NCBI GenBank assembly: GCA_944358525.1
Contig: CALVRI010000005.1
Location: forward strand, 1-48,473
Origin: an uncultured Bacilli bacterium
GTDB taxonomy: Bacteria > Bacillota_I > Bacilli_A > RF39 > UBA660
DNA: 48,473 nucleotides
Direction: 5' to 3'
The notes under the pieces were generated by a model that had not been told where the DNA came from, did not search any database, and worked only from the letters and a program-made list of their open reading frames with translations. A program made the translations under genes and the position numbers. This document shows, piece by piece, positions 9,001 through 18,503 of this stretch (its first letter is position 1; every line of letters begins with the position of its first letter).

Positions 9001-10209
9001 ATGAACTTTGAAGTAATAATTATTGGAAGTGATGCAAATGCCTATTACATGGCAAGATGTGTTCACGAATTATATAATAAAAAAGTAAAACTCATCGCCC
9101 ATAAACCGATGAGCTTTGTCAATCACTCTAATATAATTGAAGCAACATATGACTCAAGATTATGGGACATAAATAAATTTGCCGATGCTATGAATGAATA
9201 TGTTAAAAACATAAATGCAGACAAAATAGTATGCATCTCTTCTAATGAAACATATGCTAGAGGGCTAGTTGCTAATAAAAATAAACTAGACAAAAGAATA
9301 GTATTTAACTATGTTGATTTAAACTTTTTAGATAGTCTAATGATGAAAGACAAATTTTATGAAACATATAAAGACTCAGGATTACTACCTAAAACTATCA
9401 TTTATAATTTAAATGATGAACTCAAATTAGATTTTGACTTTCCTATTATTATAAAACCCAATGATGTTATCGATTTTAATCATATTAATTTTGAAGGAAA
9501 GAAAAAAATATATAAACTAAATAATATGGATGAAGTAAATCATACAATTGAAAGTTTTAGAAATAGTAGTTATAAAGGAAAATTAATCATTCAAGAATAC
9601 ATTCCAGGTGATGATAGTAGCCTATTTGATGGTGTAATATATTGTAATTCCAAAGGTAAATGTGAACTTTTTGCTTTTGCTCAAATCGGTCTTCAAGAAC
9701 ATACCGCCAACATGGTCGGTAATGCTGCTTGTTTAATAAACCATTTCAATACAAATGGTTATAATGAAAAAATTATTTTAGAATTTAAACAATTTATGGA
9801 AAAAATAAATTTCAAAGGTATCGCTGAATTAGACATAAAATATGATTACCGTGATAAAAAATACAAAATATTAGAAATAAATGCTCGTCAAGGAAGATGT
9901 AGTTACTACGTCACCGCTGCTGGCTATAACATTGTTAAACTATTTGTTGATGACTTAATTTATAATAAAGAAAAAGAATTTAAAATTGCTGATAAAGAAT
10001 TATTACTAACTTATGTACCTAAAAAAATAATCAAAAAATATGTCATAAACGAAGATTTTAAAAAAGAAGCATTAAAACTTTATAAACAAAAAAAAGTTGT
10101 AAATCCTTTAATTTATAAAAAAGATTTACCATTAAAAAGAATTATATTTTTAATCAGAAAACACTTTAGATATTATAAAGATTATAAAAATGGATATTGG
10201 AAATACTAG
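9001..10209 (+). CDS. ATP-grasp carboxylate-amine ligase, D-aspartate ligase (Aslfm/AslA) family
   Basis: GSDANAYYMARC, IIKP, IIQEYIPGDDS, EHT...GN and EINARQGRCSYY resemble Enterococcus/Lactococcus D-Asp ligases. Confidence 0.8.
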   Translation: MNFEVIIIGSDANAYYMARCVHELYNKKVKLIAHKPMSFVNHSNIIEATYDSRLWDINKFADAMNEYVKNINADKIVCISSNETYARGLVANKNKLDKRIVFNYVDLNFLDSLMMKDKFYETYKDSGLLPKTIIYNLNDELKLDFDFPIIIKPNDVIDFNHINFEGKKKIYKLNNMDEVNHTIESFRNSSYKGKLIIQEYIPGDDSSLFDGVIYCNSKGKCELFAFAQIGLQEHTANMVGNAACLINHFNTNGYNEKIILEFKQFMEKINFKGIAELDIKYDYRDKKYKILEINARQGRCSYYVTAAGYNIVKLFVDDLIYNKEKEFKIADKELLLTYVPKKIIKKYVINEDFKKEALKLYKQKKVVNPLIYKKDLPLKRIIFLIRKHFRYYKDYKNGYWKY

Positions 10210-10224
10210 AAAGGAAGTAAAAAT

Positions 10225-12066
10225 ATGTGTGGATTTTGCGGATATATAAATAGAAAAGAAAAAAGGCACATCAAAGCTATGAATGATATGATTGTCCATC
10301 GTGGCCCAGATGATGAATCTTACTATACTGATGATGAAATAGCTATGGGCTTTAGAAGACTTAGTATCATTGACTTAAAAGGTGGAAGGCAGCCAATGTC
10401 TAATGAAGATGACTCAATGTATATAACCTTTAATGGTGAAATATATAATTTTAAAGAAATCAAAGAAGATTTAATAAATAAAGGCCACATCTTTAAAACA
10501 AATACTGATACCGAAGTTATATTACATGGTTATGAAGAATACAAAGAAAAAATATTAGATAAATTAAGAGGAATGTTTGCTTTTGTAATATGGGATAAAA
10601 ACACTAAAAAATTATTTGGTGCGAGAGATCATTTTGGTCAAAAACCCTTCTACTATGCTAAAATGCAAGGAACATTTATGTATGGCTCTGAAATAAAAAG
10701 TTTCTTAAAACATCCAGATTTTCTAAAAAAAGTCAACAAAGAAGCTTTAAAACCATATCTAACATTCCAAACATCAGTCTTAAATGAAACATTTTTCAAA
10801 AACGTCTATAAATTAAAACCAGGTCATTACTTTACTTATGATTTCAATACTGAAAAGATGGAAATTCAAGAATATTATAAAATCAAATTTGAGCCTAAAA
10901 ATCAAGACTTTGATAATTTAGTAAATGAAATTGATAACACCATTACTAAATCTATCGACTATCACACTATTAGTGATGTTCCAGTCGGCTCTTATTTATC
11001 CGGTGGTATTGATTCATCATATGTTGTAAGTTATTTAAAACCAGATAAAACATTTTCTGTTGGATTTGACTATAAAGATTTTAATGAAGTACCACTTGCT
11101 AAAGACCTATCAGACCTTTTACACATTCAAAATAAAAACGAATTAATAAATGCTGATCATTTCTTTGAAAGTATTGATAAAGTTCAGTATTATGCTGATG
11201 AACCAACAGCTAACCTATCAGCTGTACCACTATATTTCTTATCAAAATTAGCATCTACTGATGTTAAAGTTGTCTTATCAGGTGAAGGTGCCGATGAACT
11301 ATTTGGCGGATACCCAAGTTATAAAGAAGATAAAACATTAACAAAATATAAAAAATTACCTTTATTTTTAAGAAAATTTATAAAAACAATCATCTCACCT
11401 CTTCCAAGTTTTCATGGTAAAAACTTCTTAACTAAAGGTGGTAGTAAATTAGAAGACTATTATGTTGGTGATGCTTTCATCTTTAACAATAAAGAAGCTA
11501 ACAAAATATTAAATGATAACTACAAAAGTGATCTAAAATATCAAGATATCACTAAACCATATTTTGATAAAGTAAAAGATAAAGATGATGTCACCAAAAT
11601 GCAATACTTAGATATGCATTTCTGGCTTCCAAATGACATCTTACTTAAAGCTGATAAAATGAGTATGGCTAACTCTCTAGAACTACGTGTACCAATACTA
11701 GATAAAGAAGTTTTCAAACTAGCAAGTACAATTCCAACCGAATATAAAATATCTCACGATACGACTAAATATGTTTTAAGGCAAGCTGCTTCTAAACGAA
11801 TTCCAGAAGCATGGTACAAAAGAAGAAAAAAAGGTTTCCCTGTTCCAATTATTAAATGGTTTAGAGAAGAAAAATATTATAATATTGCCAAAGAAATGTT
11901 CAAGCAAGATTTTACTAAAGAGTTCTTCGATCAAAAAGCTTTACTTAAATTATTAGATGACCATTATAAAGGCAAGAAAAATAACTGCCGTAAAATTTGG
12001 ACTGTCTATGTATTCTTAGTATGGTATAAAGAATTTTTCATTGATTTTGATAAAATCACAGCATAA
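10225..12066 (+). CDS. asnB: glutamine-hydrolysing asparagine synthetase family amidotransferase (AsnB/AsnH-like)
   Basis: MCG N-terminus, HRGPD, FNGEIYN, RDHFGQKP, LSGGIDSS, SGEGADELFGGY, LELRVP. Confidence 0.95.
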   Translation: MCGFCGYINRKEKRHIKAMNDMIVHRGPDDESYYTDDEIAMGFRRLSIIDLKGGRQPMSNEDDSMYITFNGEIYNFKEIKEDLINKGHIFKTNTDTEVILHGYEEYKEKILDKLRGMFAFVIWDKNTKKLFGARDHFGQKPFYYAKMQGTFMYGSEIKSFLKHPDFLKKVNKEALKPYLTFQTSVLNETFFKNVYKLKPGHYFTYDFNTEKMEIQEYYKIKFEPKNQDFDNLVNEIDNTITKSIDYHTISDVPVGSYLSGGIDSSYVVSYLKPDKTFSVGFDYKDFNEVPLAKDLSDLLHIQNKNELINADHFFESIDKVQYYADEPTANLSAVPLYFLSKLASTDVKVVLSGEGADELFGGYPSYKEDKTLTKYKKLPLFLRKFIKTIISPLPSFHGKNFLTKGGSKLEDYYVGDAFIFNNKEANKILNDNYKSDLKYQDITKPYFDKVKDKDDVTKMQYLDMHFWLPNDILLKADKMSMANSLELRVPILDKEVFKLASTIPTEYKISHDTTKYVLRQAASKRIPEAWYKRRKKGFPVPIIKWFREEKYYNIAKEMFKQDFTKEFFDQKALLKLLDDHYKGKKNNCRKIWTVYVFLVWYKEFFIDFDKITA

Positions 12067-12092
12067 AAGCGCTAGAATTTCTAGCGTTTTTT
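12065..12092 (+). terminator. intrinsic terminator ending the three-gene operon
   Basis: aaaagcgctagaa-t-ttctagcgtttttt. Confidence 0.85.
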
Positions 12093-12324
12093 CTTGTTCA
12101 TTATCTTTTAAAAATAATTAGAAAACCCTAATTATTTAATTTTTCTATTTTACTCAAAGGTCTATCAATTTAAAAATAATTTAAACATAAACATGCCTTT
12201 TAAAATTTTTCTTTGTAGTATAAAATTTATTGTCTAAATCTTCTTTAATCATTTACATATCTATTAATCATTCTTTTTTACCTACATAGATTAATCGACA
12301 TTTTTCTTTTACTTCCTTTTAAAT

Positions 12325-12353
12325 TTGACATTTTTCTTTTAATTTCATAAAAT
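12325..12353 (+). promoter_or_regulatory. sigma-A promoter of glmS
   Basis: TTGACA-N17-TAAAAT. Confidence 0.7.
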
Positions 12354-12397
12354 GATAACAAAGGATAGATAACAAAAGGAGGTTAATTATCTTATCT

Positions 12398-12525
12398 TAG
12401 CGCCAGGGTCTAAAGACCGACGAGGATGATAGTTATCGAAATATTCGGCGGATGCTATCACGGTGAGAATCGTTAAATATATGACAAAGCATAAAATCAA
12501 TCTTATGTACAAAACATATATTCTA
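12398..12525 (+). ncRNA. glmS ribozyme (GlcN6P-activated)
   Basis: AGCGCCAG cleavage motif at 12399, GACGAGG and TTATCGAA...TTCGGCGGATG core, directly 5' of glmS. Confidence 0.95.
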
Positions 12526-12548
12526 AATTTAGTATAAAGGAGAATTTT

Positions 12549-14351
12549 ATGTGTGGTATTGTTGGTAGCATCAGCACCAAAACAAATATAATACCTATTC
12601 TTTTAGACGGCTTAAAAACCTTAGAATACCGTGGATACGATTCTGCCGGTTTAAGTTATATAAAAGATAGTAATTTAATTATAAATAAAGTAAAAGGTCG
12701 TGTTAAAGACCTTGAAAATCATATATCTAAAGAAAGTAAAGCAAACATTGGAATTGCTCATACTAGATGGGCTACTCATGGAAAAGTAAATGAGATTAAT
12801 GCCCATCCTCATAACGTAGGAAATATTACTATTGTCCATAATGGTATAATTGAAAACTTTAGTAAATTAAAACATAAATTAGAAGAAAAAGGATATAAAT
12901 TTAAATCCGAAGCTGATACTGAAATCGCCGCTGGATTACTAGATTATTATTATAAAAAATATGAAAACATTGATAAAACAATTCAAAAATTTATGAAAAA
13001 AGTTGATGGTAGTTATGCCATATGCATGATAATAAATGATGATCCAAATACTATTTATGTTATTAAAAAAGATAGTCCACTAATTATTGGAACTGGCAAT
13101 CACACCAATTATATTGCTAGTGATGTTCCAGCCATATTAAAATACACCAAAAACTACTATATTTTAGAAGATTATGAATATGGAAAAGTAACAGCTGATA
13201 ATATAACAATTTATGACAAAGAAGGAAATGTTTTAAATAAACAGTTAAAAGAATATCAAGGTAGTGACTTAACAAGCGATAAAGGTATCTACGAACACTA
13301 TATGTTAAAAGAAATCATGGAGCAAAATTCCACCATTAGAAAAACCGTAAATCCATATATAAATAGTATAGATGACTTATTAAAACTACCAGATTTAACA
13401 AAATATGAAAGAATTGATATCATTGCCTGTGGTACTGCTATGCATGCCGGACTAGCTGCTAAATACTTATTTGAAGAATATACAAATACTAAATGCGAAG
13501 TTTTTTTAGCTAGTGAATATAGATACCAAAATAATTTTCTAAATAATAAAGTTTTATCCATATTCATATCACAATCAGGTGAAACAGCTGATACATTAGC
13601 TGCTTTAAAAAAAGTTAAAGAAGAAAAATGTGATACTCTAGGTATCGTAAACGTTAAAGAAAGTTCTATTGCTAGAGCTTTAGATAAAGTATTATACACA
13701 GAAGCCGGAACCGAAATAGCCGTAGCATCAACTAAAGCTTATACATCTCAAGTAGCATTGCTTTCAGTATTAGCTCTCGCCCATGCCTATAGAACAAAAT
13801 CAATTAAAGAAGAAAAAATATTTGAAATACTTGAAGAATTTAGAAATATTACTCAAATATTAAATCCAATTTTAGAAAATACACAAACCTATGAAAACAT
13901 AGCTAAAGAAATATATGAAAAAAATGATGCCTTCTATATTGGTAGAGGTCTAGACTATGCCCTAGCCATGGAAGGATCATTAAAATTAAAAGAGATATCT
14001 TATATTCACAGTGAAGCCTATGCTGCTGGTGAATTAAAACACGGAACTATATCTTTAATCACCAAAGAAACACCAGTATTTGCCTCTGCAACCAATAAAC
14101 ATATAAATGCTAAAACAATTAGTAACTTAAAAGAAGTCATTTCAAGAGGTGCAAACTGTTACTTAATAACTGATGAAGACATTAAAGATGATAGTTTCAA
14201 ACAAATCATAAAAATTAAAAAAGTAAGTATGTTTATTAAACCATTACTTACTATCATTCCTTATCAACTAATTTCCTATTATACAGCTAAATTTAAAAAT
14301 TGTGACATTGATAAACCACGTAATCTAGCTAAATCAGTTACCGTAGAATAA
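12549..14351 (+). CDS. glmS: glutamine--fructose-6-phosphate transaminase
   Basis: MCGIVG, LEYRGYDSAG, HTRWATHG, SQSGETAD, PRNLAKSVTVE. Confidence 0.98.
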   Translation: MCGIVGSISTKTNIIPILLDGLKTLEYRGYDSAGLSYIKDSNLIINKVKGRVKDLENHISKESKANIGIAHTRWATHGKVNEINAHPHNVGNITIVHNGIIENFSKLKHKLEEKGYKFKSEADTEIAAGLLDYYYKKYENIDKTIQKFMKKVDGSYAICMIINDDPNTIYVIKKDSPLIIGTGNHTNYIASDVPAILKYTKNYYILEDYEYGKVTADNITIYDKEGNVLNKQLKEYQGSDLTSDKGIYEHYMLKEIMEQNSTIRKTVNPYINSIDDLLKLPDLTKYERIDIIACGTAMHAGLAAKYLFEEYTNTKCEVFLASEYRYQNNFLNNKVLSIFISQSGETADTLAALKKVKEEKCDTLGIVNVKESSIARALDKVLYTEAGTEIAVASTKAYTSQVALLSVLALAHAYRTKSIKEEKIFEILEEFRNITQILNPILENTQTYENIAKEIYEKNDAFYIGRGLDYALAMEGSLKLKEISYIHSEAYAAGELKHGTISLITKETPVFASATNKHINAKTISNLKEVISRGANCYLITDEDIKDDSFKQIIKIKKVSMFIKPLLTIIPYQLISYYTAKFKNCDIDKPRNLAKSVTVE

Positions 14352-14381
14352 AACCTGAAGCCTATAAAACCTCAGGTTTTT
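14351..14381 (+). terminator. glmS terminator
   Basis: aaacctga...tcaggtttt plus T-run. Confidence 0.6.
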
Positions 14382-14443
14382 GCTTACTCAAAATCTTTAA
14401 ACATAAAATCATTTACCGCAACATAACATAATAACTAGAATAT

Positions 14444-14488
14444 TATTATATAATAATCATATAATAATTATATGATTATTATATAATA
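14444..14488. repeat. perfect 45-bp AT palindrome (22-bp arms)
   Basis: tattatataataatcatataat-a-attatatgattattatataata. Confidence 0.9.
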
Positions 14489-14492
14489 TAAC

Positions 14493-14521
14493 TTGACAAA
14501 TAATATAATAACTGATATATT
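14493..14521 (+). promoter_or_regulatory. sigma-A promoter of the TA operon
   Basis: TTGACA-N17-TATATT with TGn extension; AAGGAG SD downstream. Confidence 0.65.
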
Positions 14522-14548
14522 CATATATAGAAAAGGAGATGATCTGTT

Positions 14549-14863
14549 ATGTCTAATATGACAACTTCCATAAGTGTCCAAATAGACAAAAAAGATAAAG
14601 AACAAGCAACTGCTATACTCCAAAAATTAGGTGTTAGTATGAGTGGACTAATCAATATGACCTTAAAACAACTAATACTTAAAGGTGGTATACCGTTTGA
14701 TATTACACTTCCTAAAGAAAATATCGACTTAACTCAATATTTTACACAAGAAGAGCTAGAAAATACTGCTAAAGAACTTTCATATATTGAAAAACATCCA
14801 GAAGAATATAAAAGCTATAACACTACTAAGGAACTAAAAAAGGATTTATTATCTAATGACTAA
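14549..14863 (+). CDS. type II antitoxin, RelB/DinJ family
   Basis: RHH-like SISVQIDKKDKEQATAILQKLGVSMS, GIPF and C-terminal YxTxxEL; overlaps the toxin gene. Confidence 0.88.
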   Translation: MSNMTTSISVQIDKKDKEQATAILQKLGVSMSGLINMTLKQLILKGGIPFDITLPKENIDLTQYFTQEELENTAKELSYIEKHPEEYKSYNTTKELKKDLLSND

Positions 14864-15143
14864 TTATAAAATCAAATATTCTAAAGAATTTAAAAAAAAT
14901 CTAAAAAAAGTAATAAAACAAGGTAAAAATATCGACAAATTATTAGAAGTAGTAGATATGCTTTCAAAAAAAGAAATACTTGATCCTAAATATAATGACC
15001 ATCCATTATACAATGATAAAAGATTTAAAAAATGTAGAGATTGTCATATTGAACCAGATTGGATTCTTATATATAAATATTTAGAAAACGAAATTGTTTT
15101 ATTATTAGTAAATACAGGAAGTCACAGCAATATTTTAGAATAA
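14856..15143 (+). CDS. yafQ: type II toxin, YafQ family mRNA interferase
   Basis: FKKNLKK, YNDHPL, RDCHIEPDWILIY, TGSHS. Confidence 0.9.
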   Translation: MTNYKIKYSKEFKKNLKKVIKQGKNIDKLLEVVDMLSKKEILDPKYNDHPLYNDKRFKKCRDCHIEPDWILIYKYLENEIVLLLVNTGSHSNILE

Positions 15144-15154
15144 ATTTTAAAATT

Positions 15155-15199
15155 AATGGCTGTTATGAAATAAAGTTAATTTATCTCATGACAGCCATT
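15155..15199. terminator. bidirectional terminator (20-bp inverted repeat) between the toxin and clpC
   Basis: aatggctgttatgaaataaa-gttaa-tttatctcatgacagccatt, 18 of 20 positions Watson-Crick complementary. Confidence 0.75.
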
Positions 15200-15220
15200 T
15201 TTATAATCAAATTTAAATTA

Positions 15221-17512
15221 TTATACTTCTTGTTTTAAATTTTTAATATAAACTTCATTCTTACCATCGATAATCTTATCGATAACAATTGTTTCTATTT
15301 TATCCTTGATAATCTTATTAATCTTTCTAGCACCATATTCATCGTAATTAGATAAATTTAAAATTTCATTTTCTACCTCTCTAGAAACTTTAACTTTTAT
15401 CTTATCACTATATTTTTCCTTAAATTTTTTAAGATTCATTTTAATAATCTTTAAAATATCTTCTTCATTCAAAGAATTAAAACAAATAACCTTATCTACC
15501 CTATTCATAAATGGAATAGAAAAACTATCATTTAATCTAGATATTTTAGTATTCTTATTATTAAATCCCACATTTATCTCATGAAAACCAACATTAGAAG
15601 TCATAATAATAACCACATTATCAAACCTAACTATCTTACCTTTACTGTTTTTAATTTTACCCTCATCTAAGACTTGTAAGAATAAATTAATAATATTCGT
15701 ATGTGCTTTTTCAATCTCATCTAAAATAAGTACTGAATAAGGCTTATTCCTAATCTCTTCTAAAATATTTGTATTGTCATCATATCCAACATATCCAGGA
15801 GGTGAACCAATAATCTTACTTATACTATGTGCTTCTTTATACTCACTCATGTCTAATTTAATAATATTATTTGCTCCAACTAAATTTTCTCCAAATGTTC
15901 TCGCAAGTAAAGTTTTACCAACCCCAGATGGTCCACAAAACAAAAAAGAATAGCACTTATCATTAAAACCTAACTTAATTTTTTTAGCCACCTTAGCAAC
16001 TTCCTTAACAGCTTCATCTTGTCCAATAATATTTTTATTTAAAATCTTTTCAGTCTGTTTAATTAATTTAGTTTTCTCATTTAAAATCTCATAAATAGGA
16101 ATACCTGTTTTCATATTAATAACCTCAGCCACATCAAGTTTAGTAACCTTCCTACTATGAGTCTTATAAAGTGATAACTCCAAATTATTAATCTTATTCA
16201 TTAAATCAAATTCTTCATTCTTAAACGTACTAGCCTTATCAAAATCGTTATCCAAAATAGCTTTTTTCTTATTTTTAATAACTTCTTTTAACTTCTTATT
16301 GTAAAAACCATACTCCTTAAGTCCTTTACTTTCCTTCAAACTAACCTTAGCTGATACCTCATCTAATATATCGATAGACCTATCAGGTTCATTCCTATTA
16401 TAAATATACTTACTAGATAAATGAATAATTAAATCAATAATCTCTTCATCAATAATTACTTTGTGGTAACCTTCATATATATCCTTTAAATTCATTAAAA
16501 TATTTTTCACAGTTTCCTCACTAGGTGCCTCTATAATTACCCTTTGAAATCTTCTTTCTAAAGCACTATCTTTCTCAATATATTTTTTATACTCATCCGT
16601 AGTCGTCGCCCCAATACATCTAATTTTTCCTCTAGCTAAAGCCGGTTTAAATATATTAGAAGCATCAATTGCCCCTTCAGCCCCTCCTGCACCAACTAAA
16701 GTGTGAATTTCATCGATAAATAAAATAATATCATCATTTTCCTCAATCTCTTTTAATATCTTATTCATTCTCTCTTCAAACTCACCACGGTATTTAGTTC
16801 CCGCAACAGAAGATGCCATATCTAAACTAATAATCCTTTTATTACGTAAAGCAAGTGGTACCTCACCTCTCACTATCATATTAGCAAGCTCTTCGACAAT
16901 AGCTGTCTTCCCAACCCCAGCTTCACCTATTAATAATGGATTATTCTTACACCTTCTACAAAGTATCTCTAATACCCTCTTAATTTCCTCATCCCGGCCC
17001 GTTACAGGGTCCAAATTACCATTCATAGCCTTCTTATTTAAATCAGTTCCAATTTCATCTATAAGTAGCTTTTTATGACTTTTTTTATTAATTATCTTAT
17101 CTGTAAATTCACTATATAGCTCATCAATATCGATATCCATACCAATTAATATTCTAATAGCAACCCCTTCGCCTTCATCAAGTAAACTAGCAAATAAATG
17201 ATTAACTGTAACCACTCCATTATTATTTTCTTTTGCATCCAAAGTCGCATTTTCAATTATTCTTTTTAAAAGTGGTGTATATAAAAACCATTCACTATGT
17301 TTACTTCCCTTACCGATAATCTTAATAACTTCATCTTTAAATCTATTATAATCCAAATCAAATTCTTTTAATTTTTCACTAATCTCATTATCACCTTTAA
17401 GTATTGCAAGAAGTAGATGTTCCGATGAAACATAAGGATGATTTAACTCATACATTTCTTTTTTAGCATTAACTAAAACCTTTCTTGCTTCTTCTTCAAA
17501 GTTTCCAAACAT
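15221..17512 (-). CDS. clpC: ATP-dependent Clp protease ATPase subunit
   Basis: Clp-N repeats, [29 protein letters not shown]-like linker, [17 protein letters not shown]. Confidence 0.92.
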   Translation of the reverse strand: MFGNFEEEARKVLVNAKKEMYELNHPYVSSEHLLLAILKGDNEISEKLKEFDLDYNRFKDEVIKIIGKGSKHSEWFLYTPLLKRIIENATLDAKENNNGVVTVNHLFASLLDEGEGVAIRILIGMDIDIDELYSEFTDKIINKKSHKKLLIDEIGTDLNKKAMNGNLDPVTGRDEEIKRVLEILCRRCKNNPLLIGEAGVGKTAIVEELANMIVRGEVPLALRNKRIISLDMASSVAGTKYRGEFEERMNKILKEIEENDDIILFIDEIHTLVGAGGAEGAIDASNIFKPALARGKIRCIGATTTDEYKKYIEKDSALERRFQRVIIEAPSEETVKNILMNLKDIYEGYHKVIIDEEIIDLIIHLSSKYIYNRNEPDRSIDILDEVSAKVSLKESKGLKEYGFYNKKLKEVIKNKKKAILDNDFDKASTFKNEEFDLMNKINNLELSLYKTHSRKVTKLDVAEVINMKTGIPIYEILNEKTKLIKQTEKILNKNIIGQDEAVKEVAKVAKKIKLGFNDKCYSFLFCGPSGVGKTLLARTFGENLVGANNIIKLDMSEYKEAHSISKIIGSPPGYVGYDDNTNILEEIRNKPYSVLILDEIEKAHTNIINLFLQVLDEGKIKNSKGKIVRFDNVVIIMTSNVGFHEINVGFNNKNTKISRLNDSFSIPFMNRVDKVICFNSLNEEDILKIIKMNLKKFKEKYSDKIKVKVSREVENEILNLSNYDEYGARKINKIIKDKIETIVIDKIIDGKNEVYIKNLKQEV

Positions 17513-17606
17513 TGTTTTAGCTCCTCTCTAATATATCCTATGTTTATATTGGTCATCTTTGAAAAAATTTATTCGGCAAATTTCACAAAATATTTTTACA
17601 CTATAA

Positions 17607-17644
17607 AACGACCGAGAAGCGGTCGTTACAAAGGCTTTGCCTTT
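17607..17644 (-). terminator. two tandem hairpins downstream of the DGR-target-like gene (terminator and/or DGR-type hairpin)
   Basis: aacgaccg-agaag-cggtcgtt (17607-17627) and aaaggc-ttt-gccttt (17630-17644). Confidence 0.65.
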
Positions 17645-17673
17645 ACTATTTTATTCTTGTTATTGTGTATTTA

Positions 17674-18400
17674 TCACACTATCGTGAATGGATCTTCTAA
17701 AGTTCCACTTCCATTCAAAGTAGTATTAGATTTTAAGAAGATTACTGGGCGGGGAGCATCATTGCCATCAGTAGAGGCATAATTGTAGTACACAGATGCG
17801 TTCGAACTATTCACAATACCGTGCCAAACCGGAGTAGCATTTCCACCAGACTCGCTAGAATAAGCATTGATTGTCCAGTAACTTAATGTACTTGCTGCTC
17901 CTTTATCTAACAAGTAATTACTATTACATGCATCAGAATCACTATTTGAAGTTGTAGCTGATGTACATAGTGGATTTGTACTTGCTCTTAATATATCTGA
18001 TACGTTGGCTAGTCCCACATTCCCTGTCCATTGGTACATTTTCTCTCCGACTATATTTTTCTCTATACTATCTACTTCGTCTCCACTTCGATTTAAAAAC
18101 TCTACTGCCATTTGATACAGTTACATCATACTGCATTGTATCTCCTGGGCTTGTTAATCTTGTACTAAAAGTTGCCGTTGTATCATCATGTGTCGGCTCT
18201 AATGCATTTGTTGGAGTTCCACTTATTACTTTACTTTGGATATTTGTTATTTTTACACTCCAATTACTTGTTACATTACTTGTTCCACTTATTTTTAATT
18301 GACTTTGAAAAGCCGCATATCCTACTCCCATTATTACTAATATCATGCATAAACCAGCAATAATATAGTTCCTTTGTCTACTATTTAATCTTCTTCTCAT
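17674..18400 (-). pseudogene. split surface-protein gene: membrane-anchored N-terminus (18068-18400) joined out of frame to a DUF6273-like/CLec-like C-terminus (17674-18111)
   Basis: ORF1 has AGGAGG and a TM helix ending GVGYAAF, then PGDTMQYDVTVSNG and a nonsense tail. ORF2 has no SD and ends YWT...W...RPVIFLK...GSGTLEDPF. Frames switch near 18108. Confidence 0.65.
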
Positions 18401-18503
18401 TTAAATTCCTCCTACTTTTACTTTACATAACCACTTTATCAAAAAAACAAGTAATATTTTCAATAAATCATTTTTTTGACAAAAATTTACAAAAAAAGAA
18501 AAT

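Noticed and set aside
14316-14440. Tn7-like insertion at the glmS attachment site
   Set aside because: No TGT...ACA ends, repeated TnsB sites, 5-bp duplication or tns genes are visible.
17520-17580. CtsR box or forespore sigma promoter upstream of clpC
   Set aside because: No tandem RGTCAAA heptads; the sigG- and sigE-like matches are partial and conflict with each other.
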